Shown: piece by piece, positions 30,598 to 40,409 of the stretch
Position numbering within the stretch: position 1 is the first letter of the stretch
Layout: every line of letters starts with the position of its first letter
Assembly: GCA_034530875.2 (NCBI GenBank)
Contig: JAVRCJ020000030.1
Location: 24,939 to 88,938, forward strand
Length of the DNA: 64,000 bases
DNA from: Nostoc sp. DedSLP01
Lineage (GTDB): Bacteria; Cyanobacteriota; Cyanobacteriia; Cyanobacteriales; Nostocaceae
Reading direction: 5' to 3'
Made by a program: the position numbers and the translations under genes
The notes under the pieces: generated by a model
The model's database searches: none
Told to the model about the DNA's origin: nothing
The model's input: the letters and a program-made list of their open reading frames with translations, nothing else

Positions 30598-31937
30598 AAA
30601 GACACTATTTTATTTTTAGTATTTAAACTTGAATAAATCCTTTGCATTTCTTGTGCAACGGTAGCCATTGTTTGAGGTTGTCGAATACCAGATCTCAGAT
30701 GCATCAATAGATCTCTGTTGTGGCATAGTCGCTCTAGGGCTTGACTCCAAGCTACAACAGAAGCAGGTTCTACTAAAATGCCATTAACTCCGGACTCAAC
30801 AAGTTCGGCAATACCGCCTAAATCAGAACCGATTATCGGTACTTTAGCTGCAAACGCTTCCAATACTACCAAAGGCCCAGTTTCCAACAACTGAGACGGA
30901 ACAGCCAATAAGTCATAGTTGGCTAAGGTTGCTGTCACTTGTGCTGACGAAACTGGAGCTTTGAAGTTAATTCGGGAGTCTTTTTGTGCCAAACTATGTA
31001 ATTTCTGTTGGTAGGGATCGTTTGCGCCACGAGAAATGCCATAAATGTCTAAGCAAATTGGTAACTGAGGCACTGCTTGCAACGCTTCGATCAAAATGTG
31101 AATTCCTTTTGTCGGATCGAGCCGACCCAAGAAAGCAATTTTTAAGATTGATGCACTATGCTTTTGACTGTGGTTGGTTTTTTCTGGTAAGTTTTGACAA
31201 AGAGCTTGGCGAATAACGGTTATTTTGTGAGACGGGACATGGTTGACTAGCAAAACATCCCTGACCCAGTTACATACCGCTACAATACGATCGACCTCGG
31301 ACAGTAGAGCCTCCAGAACAGTATGGTGCAGGCTAACTAACTCTGTCATTCGCAAGGCTGTACATACTCTCCCCTGTAAATTCAAGTTGCCTAGCCAACG
31401 TCCTACCTGAGGCGGTACACTAGCGATCGCCTTAGCACTACTTCGATCCAGCCCCAAACCCTGTAACGTACACTGGGTGCAAGTATGCAAATCTATTTTT
31501 CCATCACATATCTGAGTACCCCATCGCATCATAGTTCCCCGTTGACAGCTCGCTGTGGGAGTATGGTAGGTAAACACAACGGGTATTTGCAGCTTTTTAG
31601 CAGCTTGCACTAACCGCAGGGAAACGCCACTTGTAAAAGCGTGGAGATGCACGACATCAGGCTGTTCTGCTTCTAAAATGCGGCTGAACTCCAAAGCAGC
31701 TTGGCGATCGCCTTGTCCATAAATTTCACGCAGATTTTCGATTCTTGGTGATAATGCAAAGCGGCGTACTCTTAGCTGGTTATGTAGGTAGAATTGATTC
31801 ACTTGCCCAGGAGCAGCCACCAGAATCTCAATTCCTTGTTGCTGCAAGTGCTGGGATAAAGCTTCTACATAGACTTCAGTACCGCCTACAGAGTCAGGGT
31901 AGAAACAGAATGGAACTTGAATAACTCGCATAATCAA
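30594..31937 (-). CDS. Glycosyltransferase family 4
   Basis: GGTEVY; PDVVHLH; FLGRLDPTKG; ETGPLVVLEAFA. Confidence 0.92.
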   Translation of the reverse strand: MIMRVIQVPFCFYPDSVGGTEVYVEALSQHLQQQGIEILVAAPGQVNQFYLHNQLRVRRFALSPRIENLREIYGQGDRQAALEFSRILEAEQPDVVHLHAFTSGVSLRLVQAAKKLQIPVVFTYHTPTASCQRGTMMRWGTQICDGKIDLHTCTQCTLQGLGLDRSSAKAIASVPPQVGRWLGNLNLQGRVCTALRMTELVSLHHTVLEALLSEVDRIVAVCNWVRDVLLVNHVPSHKITVIRQALCQNLPEKTNHSQKHSASILKIAFLGRLDPTKGIHILIEALQAVPQLPICLDIYGISRGANDPYQQKLHSLAQKDSRINFKAPVSSAQVTATLANYDLLAVPSQLLETGPLVVLEAFAAKVPIIGSDLGGIAELVESGVNGILVEPASVVAWSQALERLCHNRDLLMHLRSGIRQPQTMATVAQEMQRIYSSLNTKNKIVSL

Positions 31938-32045
31938 TCCTCTAGTGGCAAAATAATGTTATTTCTAAATTGACTTGCCACAAATTTCTCATGCTTCACG
32001 AACAGATAAGGCGTAATTTTTTAACTGCTGGAATCATTTTTCTTA

Positions 32046-33125
32046 TCAAATATGATTACTATATTCGATCCTAGACTGTCGAAATTTATCTATAGGTTCT
32101 TCTATATACAACACAAGAAGACTAGAAAATATCGTAGTTAGTATTACAGCTATCAAGCCATTATTCGTCTTGATAACCAATGTCTGTATTTGTATTAATA
32201 GCATGTGCGATACATACATCGGGTAAGATAAATTACCGATAAATCTATCTATTTTATTTTGACTAGTCAGCAAAAATAATGGTTTCAACAGAATCGCAAA
32301 AACTAGATAAATTAAAGGAATATAGATAAAACTTAAACTAGATTCTCCAATGAAAGGAAATGCAATTACTAAAAAGTTAAATAATATCCAACAACTGATA
32401 ATTGCTATTTTGCCAAGATGAATACTTGGGAAAAATTTTTCCTTATATATCAATATACCCAAACAGAAAAAGCATAACTGAGGCAGAAAGAAAAAGTAAT
32501 TCCAATTACTCCCAATAGAAAATAAAAATATTTTTAATATGGCAGTTAAAAAAATAATTATTAAAAGCTTGCTAGTGCTAATTCTAAACAACAGTGGAGC
32601 TAAAAAATAAAACCATATTTCTACACCAATAGACCATGCTTGACCAATTACTCGAAGATTACCACCCCAAATTAACCCAGAATCAGTTTTTCCTGTATCC
32701 ATGCTATTTAAAATAGCTATAGAACCATCGGTGTCAATGTAAAAGATAGATAGTAAATCTATTCCAAATAGTGAGGTGTTAGAAAATAAGGTAAATAGCT
32801 TTAGTAAAATTGGCATATTACTAAAGGGTTCTCCCCAACTTGTTGCAGGCATTTTGCCAAGATAAAGCCATACCATAGCAAATAGCACCCAGGAAGCAGC
32901 CAAAACTATTAAGTAAGTTGGAAGCAGCCTCAAAAAGCGATTGCTAATGAATGTTGTAAACTGATGATGCGTATATTTTTTGTCAAGAATCAGACTCATG
33001 TAAAAGCCAGAAATTATAAAGAAGAGTTGAACAGCATGATTTCCTGGTAGTAAAGTAGTGCCAAAAATTGATGTCGAATGAGACACAATCACACTTAATG
33101 CAAGTAAAAAACGTATAAATCCCAC
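32046..33125 (-). CDS. Acyltransferase family 3
   Basis: RFLLALSVI.SH; AV.LFFIISGF; RFLRLLP; WSIGVEIWFY; SYPMYVSH. Confidence 0.88.
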   Translation of the reverse strand: MGFIRFLLALSVIVSHSTSIFGTTLLPGNHAVQLFFIISGFYMSLILDKKYTHHQFTTFISNRFLRLLPTYLIVLAASWVLFAMVWLYLGKMPATSWGEPFSNMPILLKLFTLFSNTSLFGIDLLSIFYIDTDGSIAILNSMDTGKTDSGLIWGGNLRVIGQAWSIGVEIWFYFLAPLLFRISTSKLLIIIFLTAILKIFLFSIGSNWNYFFFLPQLCFFCLGILIYKEKFFPSIHLGKIAIISCWILFNFLVIAFPFIGESSLSFIYIPLIYLVFAILLKPLFLLTSQNKIDRFIGNLSYPMYVSHMLLIQIQTLVIKTNNGLIAVILTTIFSSLLVLYIEEPIDKFRQSRIEYSNHI

Positions 33126-33169
33126 GATATTCCAATCTAATTTTATGTATTTAACCTGACTTGAATAAG

Positions 33170-34183
33170 TTAAAAAATAGCGGTAGGTCGGCTAATAGCC
33201 AAAATTGAGGAAAATACAAACATTAATTTATTTAAAAACTTCTTAACTCGACGGTAAGCTAAAGCCATCGCTTCAGCCTGTTCGTATCCAAACCATTTTG
33301 AAAGCTGTCGCAAAGCTCTAGGACGAGAAGGAAGGTAATTTGGATTTAGGTTATAAATTATAGCTAGTACTTCATAAAACTTTGAGCGATCGTGTTCAAA
33401 GTAGAACCGGGCTAAGTGTTCGTAAGCTTCCAGAAGGAATTTTTGTCGCTGCGTAAATATTGTATCTGTTTGTTCTTGCCAAGCTGCTTCTACGAGTCTG
33501 ACATTAGTTAAACAACCTGCATAAAATTCTAGAGAATTCCGAGTTCCTAAAGAGGAGAAAGTCTGATATTTGCGATACAAAAGACAAATTTTTTCAGACT
33601 TATCTTTAACAAATTGAGCGCCACTTAAACCTAATCTTAGATATAGATTGACATCTTCGATACAATGCATATCTACTCTAAACCCACCAACTTTTAGAAT
33701 TGCTTGGCGACGAAACAGTATCGCACCAATTTGGCAGAAATTGTCAGCACCCAACAAACGGACTATCAGATCGCCAGAGTAATCAGGAATTGTTACATCC
33801 TGTGGTACAAAAATTCCTTTCTCCATTTCCTGATAAGCTTGCCACGAGCCGTACACAACATCTGCTTGATAACTAATTCCTATTTGTAGATGTCGTGAGA
33901 GTTTCCCAGGCATGAGGATATCATCAGCATCTAAAAACTGTATCCATTCACCACGAGCGCAAGATAAGCCAGTATTCCGAGCTGCACTCACCCCTCTATC
34001 TAAACTTGAAATCACTCTTATGGGCAAAGTAGAAGAGTACAAATTTGCTACTTTGACACTCTCATCTGTAGAGGCATCATCGACTAAAATAACCTCAGTA
34101 ATATTTTCCTGTTGCTGAAGGCTAGTTAAAGTTTCAGGAAGCCACTGAGCAGAATTATGACAGGGTATGATAACTGAAATCAT
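33170..34183 (-). CDS. Glycosyltransferase family 2
   Basis: ISVIIPCHN; VDDASTD; ARNTGL; FLDADD; IED. Confidence 0.93.
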   Translation of the reverse strand: MISVIIPCHNSAQWLPETLTSLQQQENITEVILVDDASTDESVKVANLYSSTLPIRVISSLDRGVSAARNTGLSCARGEWIQFLDADDILMPGKLSRHLQIGISYQADVVYGSWQAYQEMEKGIFVPQDVTIPDYSGDLIVRLLGADNFCQIGAILFRRQAILKVGGFRVDMHCIEDVNLYLRLGLSGAQFVKDKSEKICLLYRKYQTFSSLGTRNSLEFYAGCLTNVRLVEAAWQEQTDTIFTQRQKFLLEAYEHLARFYFEHDRSKFYEVLAIIYNLNPNYLPSRPRALRQLSKWFGYEQAEAMALAYRRVKKFLNKLMFVFSSILAISRPTAIF

Positions 34184-34258
34184 AGGTTGGTTCGTAAGCC
34201 CTGTTTGTCGATAATTTATTGTAGATATTTCGCTATGTCACTTATTACAAATTTATTC

Positions 34259-35926
34259 TTAAAGCTTTATTGAGGGCAGCTTCATAAACAATTGAGATAA
34301 GCGCCAGTGAAGCCATTGGGGTAGCAGAAGGTTTAACCGACCCATCCGACCAAAGCCGCGCATTTTAAGCAGTTTGAACCACAGCCGTAAACGTTCATCA
34401 AATGGCATAAACCCTACATTGTTCTGGATTGTTTCGTCAATATTGATATGTTCTTTATTCGGTAGCTGATAAAATGCGCGTTGCAAGAAAATATCAGGTT
34501 CGCCAAGAAAAATTCGATCGCTTGTTACGGTTCTCAAGTCTATCCTGGGGACAGTGTTGACCCTGACGTATAGATCCTCTAAAAAACACTGCCAATTACT
34601 TGTTGTATGTATATTGACAATCTGTTTTTTGGTTCTCTCTCCAAGGCACAACCTGAATTCCTCATTTTCTACTAAGTGTGACAGTACTGCTATGTACTCC
34701 TCAATGTCCCGCACGCGAATGAGATTGCCAGTCAAACCAGGCATATCAGCACCAAGGATTTGGCACTCATCGGAGTATGGGTAACGACTAACCAAAGGCA
34801 CTCCGTAGCTTCCTGCTTCTAGTAAGGATGTAATTGACACAAAGGGGAACGAGTCCACGTATATGTCAGCAGCCTGATAAAAAACAGCAGTGTCTTCACG
34901 CTCAGCAAATACTTTTATTCTTCCTTGAGTTTGCTGGATGGCTGCCGACCAATCTTCTTTCTCGCCGGGACCAACAACAATTAAAATACCTTGCTCGTAC
35001 TGTTTGAGTAAAGGAACGTGTGCATCAGCAAAATTAGTACCATCAATTGTTTTGTACTTCACTGCTCTGGCAATAGAGAGTAGCAGGATGCTCTTTTCGG
35101 GAAGGCCGAGCTGTCGTTTCGCTTCTGCTTGGGAAAGCACTCTTTGAATAGGTTCGACAATAGTAGGAAGGAGAGTGTTACGCTCTGCTTCGATACCTCT
35201 ACGTTCTCGCGATAACTTCATACCAGACTTACGAAGATTAGCGACGATATCGGCAATCCCAACTCCCAGCCAAAAGCGTTCGTCGGCATGATTTACAAAA
35301 ATAACTGGTGGAGATTTCTGTTTATCTGCAAATGCGATGATTGGAATGATGTCATCAATTGTATGCAAAACCACGACATCTGCTGATGCAGCAATTTCAC
35401 GCAGTCGTTTCGCTTTTGCGATATAGCTACCGATTGTTTTGTTCAGTGTGTATATCTTGCCATGACTATTAAATACAGAGTCTTTGAGCGATTTAGGCAC
35501 AGAAGCAATAGATTGCTGGGTCAACACAACTGAATGGACTCGCTGATTATCTTGCTGAATCCAGCGCCAAATTAGTCTCGAATGCCCACCTATGCTCCAT
35601 ACACCGAAAACAACATGCAGTATATTTTTTGGTGTTCCATTCAGAGAGTTATTTTTGCAGCGATCGCCCTTACTTTTTATCGCCTTTGTTCCAATTGTAA
35701 GCAGAATCTGTTCGAGTTCCGGGCTAGAAAACAAACCACAATGTTTAATGTAAGTTGCATGATAACTGGCTATACTTGCGTAAACAGCGGCCATATTATA
35801 CTTCCCAATCTCAGTGAAATGTCTCGCCTGAGAAACCAGGTTATGAAAAACCTCAAAGTTTTCTTGAATGAGGTGGGCGTCTTCTTCTTGCCAATGGGTG
35901 AGTGTATCGTGAGTTATTTTCTCCAT
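34259..35926 (-). CDS. GT-B fold glycosyltransferase (GT4-like) with N-terminal extension
   Basis: GGHSRLI; YQAADIYVDSFP...TSLLEA.SYGVP. Confidence 0.75.
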   Translation of the reverse strand: MEKITHDTLTHWQEEDAHLIQENFEVFHNLVSQARHFTEIGKYNMAAVYASIASYHATYIKHCGLFSSPELEQILLTIGTKAIKSKGDRCKNNSLNGTPKNILHVVFGVWSIGGHSRLIWRWIQQDNQRVHSVVLTQQSIASVPKSLKDSVFNSHGKIYTLNKTIGSYIAKAKRLREIAASADVVVLHTIDDIIPIIAFADKQKSPPVIFVNHADERFWLGVGIADIVANLRKSGMKLSRERRGIEAERNTLLPTIVEPIQRVLSQAEAKRQLGLPEKSILLLSIARAVKYKTIDGTNFADAHVPLLKQYEQGILIVVGPGEKEDWSAAIQQTQGRIKVFAEREDTAVFYQAADIYVDSFPFVSITSLLEAGSYGVPLVSRYPYSDECQILGADMPGLTGNLIRVRDIEEYIAVLSHLVENEEFRLCLGERTKKQIVNIHTTSNWQCFLEDLYVRVNTVPRIDLRTVTSDRIFLGEPDIFLQRAFYQLPNKEHINIDETIQNNVGFMPFDERLRLWFKLLKMRGFGRMGRLNLLLPQWLHWRLSQLFMKLPSIKL

Positions 35927-36002
35927 ACAAGTCCTTGATTAAAATTTGCGCCGCTTTCTTGTCTGAGCATTTTATCTTTTCAAGGAGAAAAAGTAATGTG
36001 CA

Positions 36003-36040
36003 AAGCGATCGCATGATGGTTATGATTCATGCGATCGCTT
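36003..36040. promoter_or_regulatory. 14-bp perfect inverted repeat built from two HIP1 sites
   Basis: AAGCGATCGCATGA-10nt-TCATGCGATCGCTT in the largest internal gap of the operon. Confidence 0.55.
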
Positions 36041-36241
36041 ATTTTTACTTTCTCTGCACTTCAGCCTAAATTCTGGGAGTTTGGCTGTTATTTGTTTTGG
36101 AAATTGGTATTAATACTTTCTTATTTCTCAATCAGTTGACTATATCTTTCCTGAAAAATTGATATTTTAGTATTTCACGTATTTCTTCAAACAAACATGG
36201 AAAATTAACAGCAGAACATTATGGCAAGTCAGATTCTAGTA

Positions 36242-37264
36242 CTAAAAAGAGAACGCCAACTTTTCTCCTAGAAACTTACCTACTAACTCCATGTCACCAG
36301 TTTTTACCTCTACCCTAAACAGGACATTGCTTTTTCTACTACTGTCAGCAGCTAGTGCGTACAATTGACCAGAGGAAGAGAAAGCCAAGTCTTTAACATC
36401 ATCAATCAAATGGCGTCCTTGATATTTCAAGGCGTTCAGCCTTTTAATTTTGACCTTGCCCGTAATTATAGCTTTTTCCTGCAAGTTCATCGCGATTAAA
36501 ATGGGAACACCGTCGGGGCCAGTCTCAGTTGCGAAAATATTTCCTTTAAGATCTTGGCATAGGTTAGCAAATCGATGATTGAGTGGCAGTGAGGGTAAAG
36601 CTAGTTCATTTCCAGGAAGAATTTTACCTGTTGTGTAATCTAACGTTGTCATGGTAAACGGTGGAATCCCATCAGTTCCTACCAGACACAGAAGTTTATT
36701 ATTAGGAAGGTTGAGCAAACTTTCAACAGTCTGATTAGATTTTTTAAAGTCTAAAACTTTTTTCGCTCTGATTTTAATGTTATTACTATTACCACTTCCA
36801 ACAACAGAAACAAGATGGTTGAAATAACCTTTGTTGGTGTGAGAGACTGTAGAAATTACAACAGTCTTATCTGCAAGTACTATCCCTTTCGTAATGCGAT
36901 CGGACTCAGGTAAGAAGAAAGCGCGAGGTTGTTTAGGTACAGACAATGGATTGTCAACAGACACAACTGGCAGATTCACCTTAGAAAGAATCTTCACATC
37001 TGGTAGATTCACCTTCAAATCTAGCAGATTAGCTTTAGGCAAAACCTTTAGCGTCGCTACATCGATAGTATTTAACTCTATTGGCGGAGTTTGATTTTCT
37101 CGGTTGCGAGAGTTAGACGAGCTAGAAAGATTTAGTGCGTAAAGAATATCTTTGCTCGACTCACTTGACTGAGCAAGTACCTTACTCGAAATGTCGGCAA
37201 CAACAGTAGAAGTAAAACTGGCTGCTACGAGCTTGCCAAATTGACGGCGTTGTAGTGGTGTCAT
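36242..37264 (-). CDS. Tat-signal protein of unknown function (beta-rich, possibly propeller-like)
   Basis: N-terminal LQRRQFGK twin-arginine motif, hydrophobic stretch, VLA|Q cleavage-like site; DLAFSSSGQLYA blade-like motif. Confidence 0.7.
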   Translation of the reverse strand: MTPLQRRQFGKLVAASFTSTVVADISSKVLAQSSESSKDILYALNLSSSSNSRNRENQTPPIELNTIDVATLKVLPKANLLDLKVNLPDVKILSKVNLPVVSVDNPLSVPKQPRAFFLPESDRITKGIVLADKTVVISTVSHTNKGYFNHLVSVVGSGNSNNIKIRAKKVLDFKKSNQTVESLLNLPNNKLLCLVGTDGIPPFTMTTLDYTTGKILPGNELALPSLPLNHRFANLCQDLKGNIFATETGPDGVPILIAMNLQEKAIITGKVKIKRLNALKYQGRHLIDDVKDLAFSSSGQLYALAADSSRKSNVLFRVEVKTGDMELVGKFLGEKLAFSF

Positions 37265-37287
37265 TCTTGTACTCCTGGTGGAATGTT

Positions 37288-40200
37288 TTAAGGAACAATC
37301 AGGTTTGCGCTTGGTGCTTGGGGTCTAGCTCCCATATCTGCTAAGATATTGGTAGTTATTTGCTTGACGCGATTATCTTCCCGAGCTGGGCTGACACCAT
37401 CACTATCTAATCCCCATGCCCATTGAATAGTCCCAGAAGCAAAGACTTTAGCTCCACTAGCGGCGGTGTAGCGGGCTGAGTGGGATATAGTGAAATTCTG
37501 GTTAGCAGGGAGGGCTTCTTCTCCAGGCGGTTCGTCAAAGTTTGGCAATAAAGCAGCAGGCTGGACTGGTGATTGCGATAAAGTGACAAGACCCGGAGGA
37601 GTAGAGCCGTTATTAACGATAAAATCCCATTCATAACCTACTAACAAACTCAGCTGATTCCCATTCTGGAGTCCTGTGTTCGCATAGTACGGATCGCTAC
37701 TATTGCTGACAACAAAATTAAAACCACCGTAGATATCTAAGTCACTACCGTACATGACTCCTAACAAAGCGTTTTCTGGCCGCTGGTTCTGGACGCTGCG
37801 AAATTTATTAGTGGCTGCCAAGGGGCCTTGTTGTTGGGCGACTGGATCTAATGTCCAATCTTGTTTGTAACAGGCCATCACTCGGTTGGGCTTCAGTTGC
37901 CCAGCAGCAATAGTAGAACTTTCAAATCTCACACGCCAATAGCAAGTATTGGCAGAGAAAAACCCTAAATTAATGCCGCTATTACGAGCAACCTCGACGG
38001 CATCGCGCATTTCTTTAGACCAGTACTCATCGTGGCCAACAGACAAGAATACTTTGTGACTGAGCAATCTTTGACCATTGGTATGAACCTGCATATTATC
38101 CGTATAGGTCACATCGTAACCTAGAGATTCCAACCAACGCACCATATTGTATTCCCATCGCAGAGGTGTATCGGCCTCGTAGGACTCTTGATAAGTTGCT
38201 TGGGAGAAGGGCCGATCGTAAGAAACCTTGTAAGCTCTTTGCCCGCCAATGCTGTTAAAGCTGTATAAGCTGTAACCCCCCATTGTGCTGTAGGCTAAGA
38301 CACAAGAAACGGCGCTCTGGAATAAAATATCAGCTGTGCTGCTATCATCGCGGACAACAAACCACACGTGCGCTATTTTGCTACTTGCTTGGTCAGTCAG
38401 CTTAGCAACGTAAATACCGCTAGTCCAATTATTCCCTACCTGCAATACGTAGGAAGTTGTCCAGTTACATTCGACTAACCGGGTATCAGGATCTATAGTA
38501 CAAGCGGCTTGAGTCGTACCATTGAGCAGGCCACTGCTCTTCATCAGCCTGCCGCCCTTGCCCCCATAATAGCCCAAGCGGTAGACGTCGATGCTAAACT
38601 GTCCGGGTTGTGCCAGAGAAACCTTAATGTCCAGAGATCCTCCTTTGTTGACACTGGTTGCGGAGGCATAACCAGCAATTTCTCCACTACCTCGGTTGAC
38701 AAGCTTCCAGTCAGTTGTGCCAGGATTTTGATTTTCTAAATAGATGGGATTGGGGTTGGCCGGAATTGCTGAAGCCGAGAAAGTAACACTGCCGATGCCT
38801 TCTGCTGTCGCTGTTACTACTACCCCTCCAGGGGCGGTAGGAACGGCCCCTAGTATTAAACTTGTACTTGCTTGACCGCTAGCATTAGTTACTACACTGG
38901 CAGACGAAAATGAACCCCCACCGCTAGTAACAGCAAAGTTCACTGTTACCCCTGGCTGAGGACTATTTTGAGCGTCTATGACTTGCACGACTAACGGATT
39001 GGGTAGAGGCGATCCCGTCGCACCAATCTGATTGTCTCCACTAAATTTAAGCAAGGCACTTCCGATGACAAAGGCTATGTCACGAAAATAGTTACTATTC
39101 CTGTAAGAACCAGTTGGAAAAGAATGTGTTGTTATGTTATATACGCCATTATTGCCATCTGCTACTGAGCTAAGCTGTCCATTAACTATATCTCCATTAA
39201 CTATGGAGTTACTCAATTGCTCGTAAGTGCAAACATAGTAAGCATTAACATTAACAGAAACCACATAAGTTGTATTGGCTGGGATGCTGACTGATGTTTC
39301 TAGAAGTTGCTCCTGCCAGCCAGAAGCTGTTTCCTCAGTAAAGGTGACACTTGCCAGCAGAGTTCCTGCGGCCGTCCAAATCTTACCAACATGAGTTCCT
39401 GTCTCGCTAGGGGCTTTCCAAAAGCGAATGGCGGTAATTTTTCCCCCTCTAGTGCTGCGGAATTTCATCCCTAATTCATAGGAAACGTTATCACTAGCAT
39501 TGGCAATACTCGGAACTTGAGTTGTCAGAACTGTTTTTATATTCCCTGGGGGAGTGGCAAGAGCTGAGAAACTAACGCTACCAACTCCGACTGCTGTGGC
39601 GCTTACTTTATTAGTCACATAAGTTGTTGCCCCAGGGCTAGCTCCCAGAGTTAAGGTGGTACTAGCCTCACCGTTAGCATTAGTTACTGCACTGACAGAT
39701 GAGACTGAACCCCCTCCATTGGTAACGGCAAAGTTTACTGTGACTCCGGATTGAGGATTACCAGCGCTATCTTTGACCTGAACAACAAAAGGGTTGGCTA
39801 AGGCAGTTCCGGTTTCAGCAGTCTGATTGTCACCGCTAACTATGTTAATAGTCGGCACGGCGACAGCAATAAAGTCGATGTCACGATAATAGTTGGTATT
39901 CCGGTAGGAATTAGCTGGGAAAGCTCCTGCAAATCCATTAAATACACCATTGCTGCCGTCTGCTACCGAGCTGAGATCGCCATTGACTATGGAGGTGTCT
40001 AGTTGATCGTAGGTGGCGACATAATAAGCATTGATGTTAACCGAGACAACATAGGTTGTATTAGCTTGAATATTAAGTGGTGTGTCGAGAGCCTGTTGTT
40101 GCCAGCCAGAACCGGTTTCCTGAGTAAACGTGACGCTTGCTAAGAGGGTTCCCGTTGCTGTCCAAATCTTGCCAATATGAGTTCCTGTCTCGCTAGGGGC

Positions 40201-40326
40201 TTTCCAAAAGCGAATGGCGGTAATTTGTCCCCCTTGAGCGCTCCGGAATTTCATGCCTAATTCGTAGGGAATGTTATCAGTAAAATTTTGAATGCTCGGT
40301 ACTTGATTAGTAAAAAGGATAGTCAT
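37288..40326 (-). CDS. 2x(DUF4082 + bacterial Ig-like) + N,N-dimethylformamidase large-subunit-like domain protein
   Basis: Two YELGMKFRS...ITAIRFWK...GWQ...TTYVVS...NY.RD repeats, each followed by SGDNQ...V.V.D..G.PQ.GVTVNFAV Ig-like units; C-terminal IYLENQ.PG, YRLGYYGG.GGR, W.SGIY.AKL, VSYDRP, SVGHDEYWS, G.NL.FFS.N..YW, GYEWD; no signal peptide. Confidence 0.85.
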   Translation of the reverse strand: MTILFTNQVPSIQNFTDNIPYELGMKFRSAQGGQITAIRFWKAPSETGTHIGKIWTATGTLLASVTFTQETGSGWQQQALDTPLNIQANTTYVVSVNINAYYVATYDQLDTSIVNGDLSSVADGSNGVFNGFAGAFPANSYRNTNYYRDIDFIAVAVPTINIVSGDNQTAETGTALANPFVVQVKDSAGNPQSGVTVNFAVTNGGGSVSSVSAVTNANGEASTTLTLGASPGATTYVTNKVSATAVGVGSVSFSALATPPGNIKTVLTTQVPSIANASDNVSYELGMKFRSTRGGKITAIRFWKAPSETGTHVGKIWTAAGTLLASVTFTEETASGWQEQLLETSVSIPANTTYVVSVNVNAYYVCTYEQLSNSIVNGDIVNGQLSSVADGNNGVYNITTHSFPTGSYRNSNYFRDIAFVIGSALLKFSGDNQIGATGSPLPNPLVVQVIDAQNSPQPGVTVNFAVTSGGGSFSSASVVTNASGQASTSLILGAVPTAPGGVVVTATAEGIGSVTFSASAIPANPNPIYLENQNPGTTDWKLVNRGSGEIAGYASATSVNKGGSLDIKVSLAQPGQFSIDVYRLGYYGGKGGRLMKSSGLLNGTTQAACTIDPDTRLVECNWTTSYVLQVGNNWTSGIYVAKLTDQASSKIAHVWFVVRDDSSTADILFQSAVSCVLAYSTMGGYSLYSFNSIGGQRAYKVSYDRPFSQATYQESYEADTPLRWEYNMVRWLESLGYDVTYTDNMQVHTNGQRLLSHKVFLSVGHDEYWSKEMRDAVEVARNSGINLGFFSANTCYWRVRFESSTIAAGQLKPNRVMACYKQDWTLDPVAQQQGPLAATNKFRSVQNQRPENALLGVMYGSDLDIYGGFNFVVSNSSDPYYANTGLQNGNQLSLLVGYEWDFIVNNGSTPPGLVTLSQSPVQPAALLPNFDEPPGEEALPANQNFTISHSARYTAASGAKVFASGTIQWAWGLDSDGVSPAREDNRVKQITTNILADMGARPQAPSANLIVP

Positions 40327-40409
40327 AGCTATCTCCTCTAAAGTTTAGTAACTACGGGTTATAAAAAGTAACTTTCCTAAATAGATTTTCTGAGCCATCG
40401 CACCATGAA

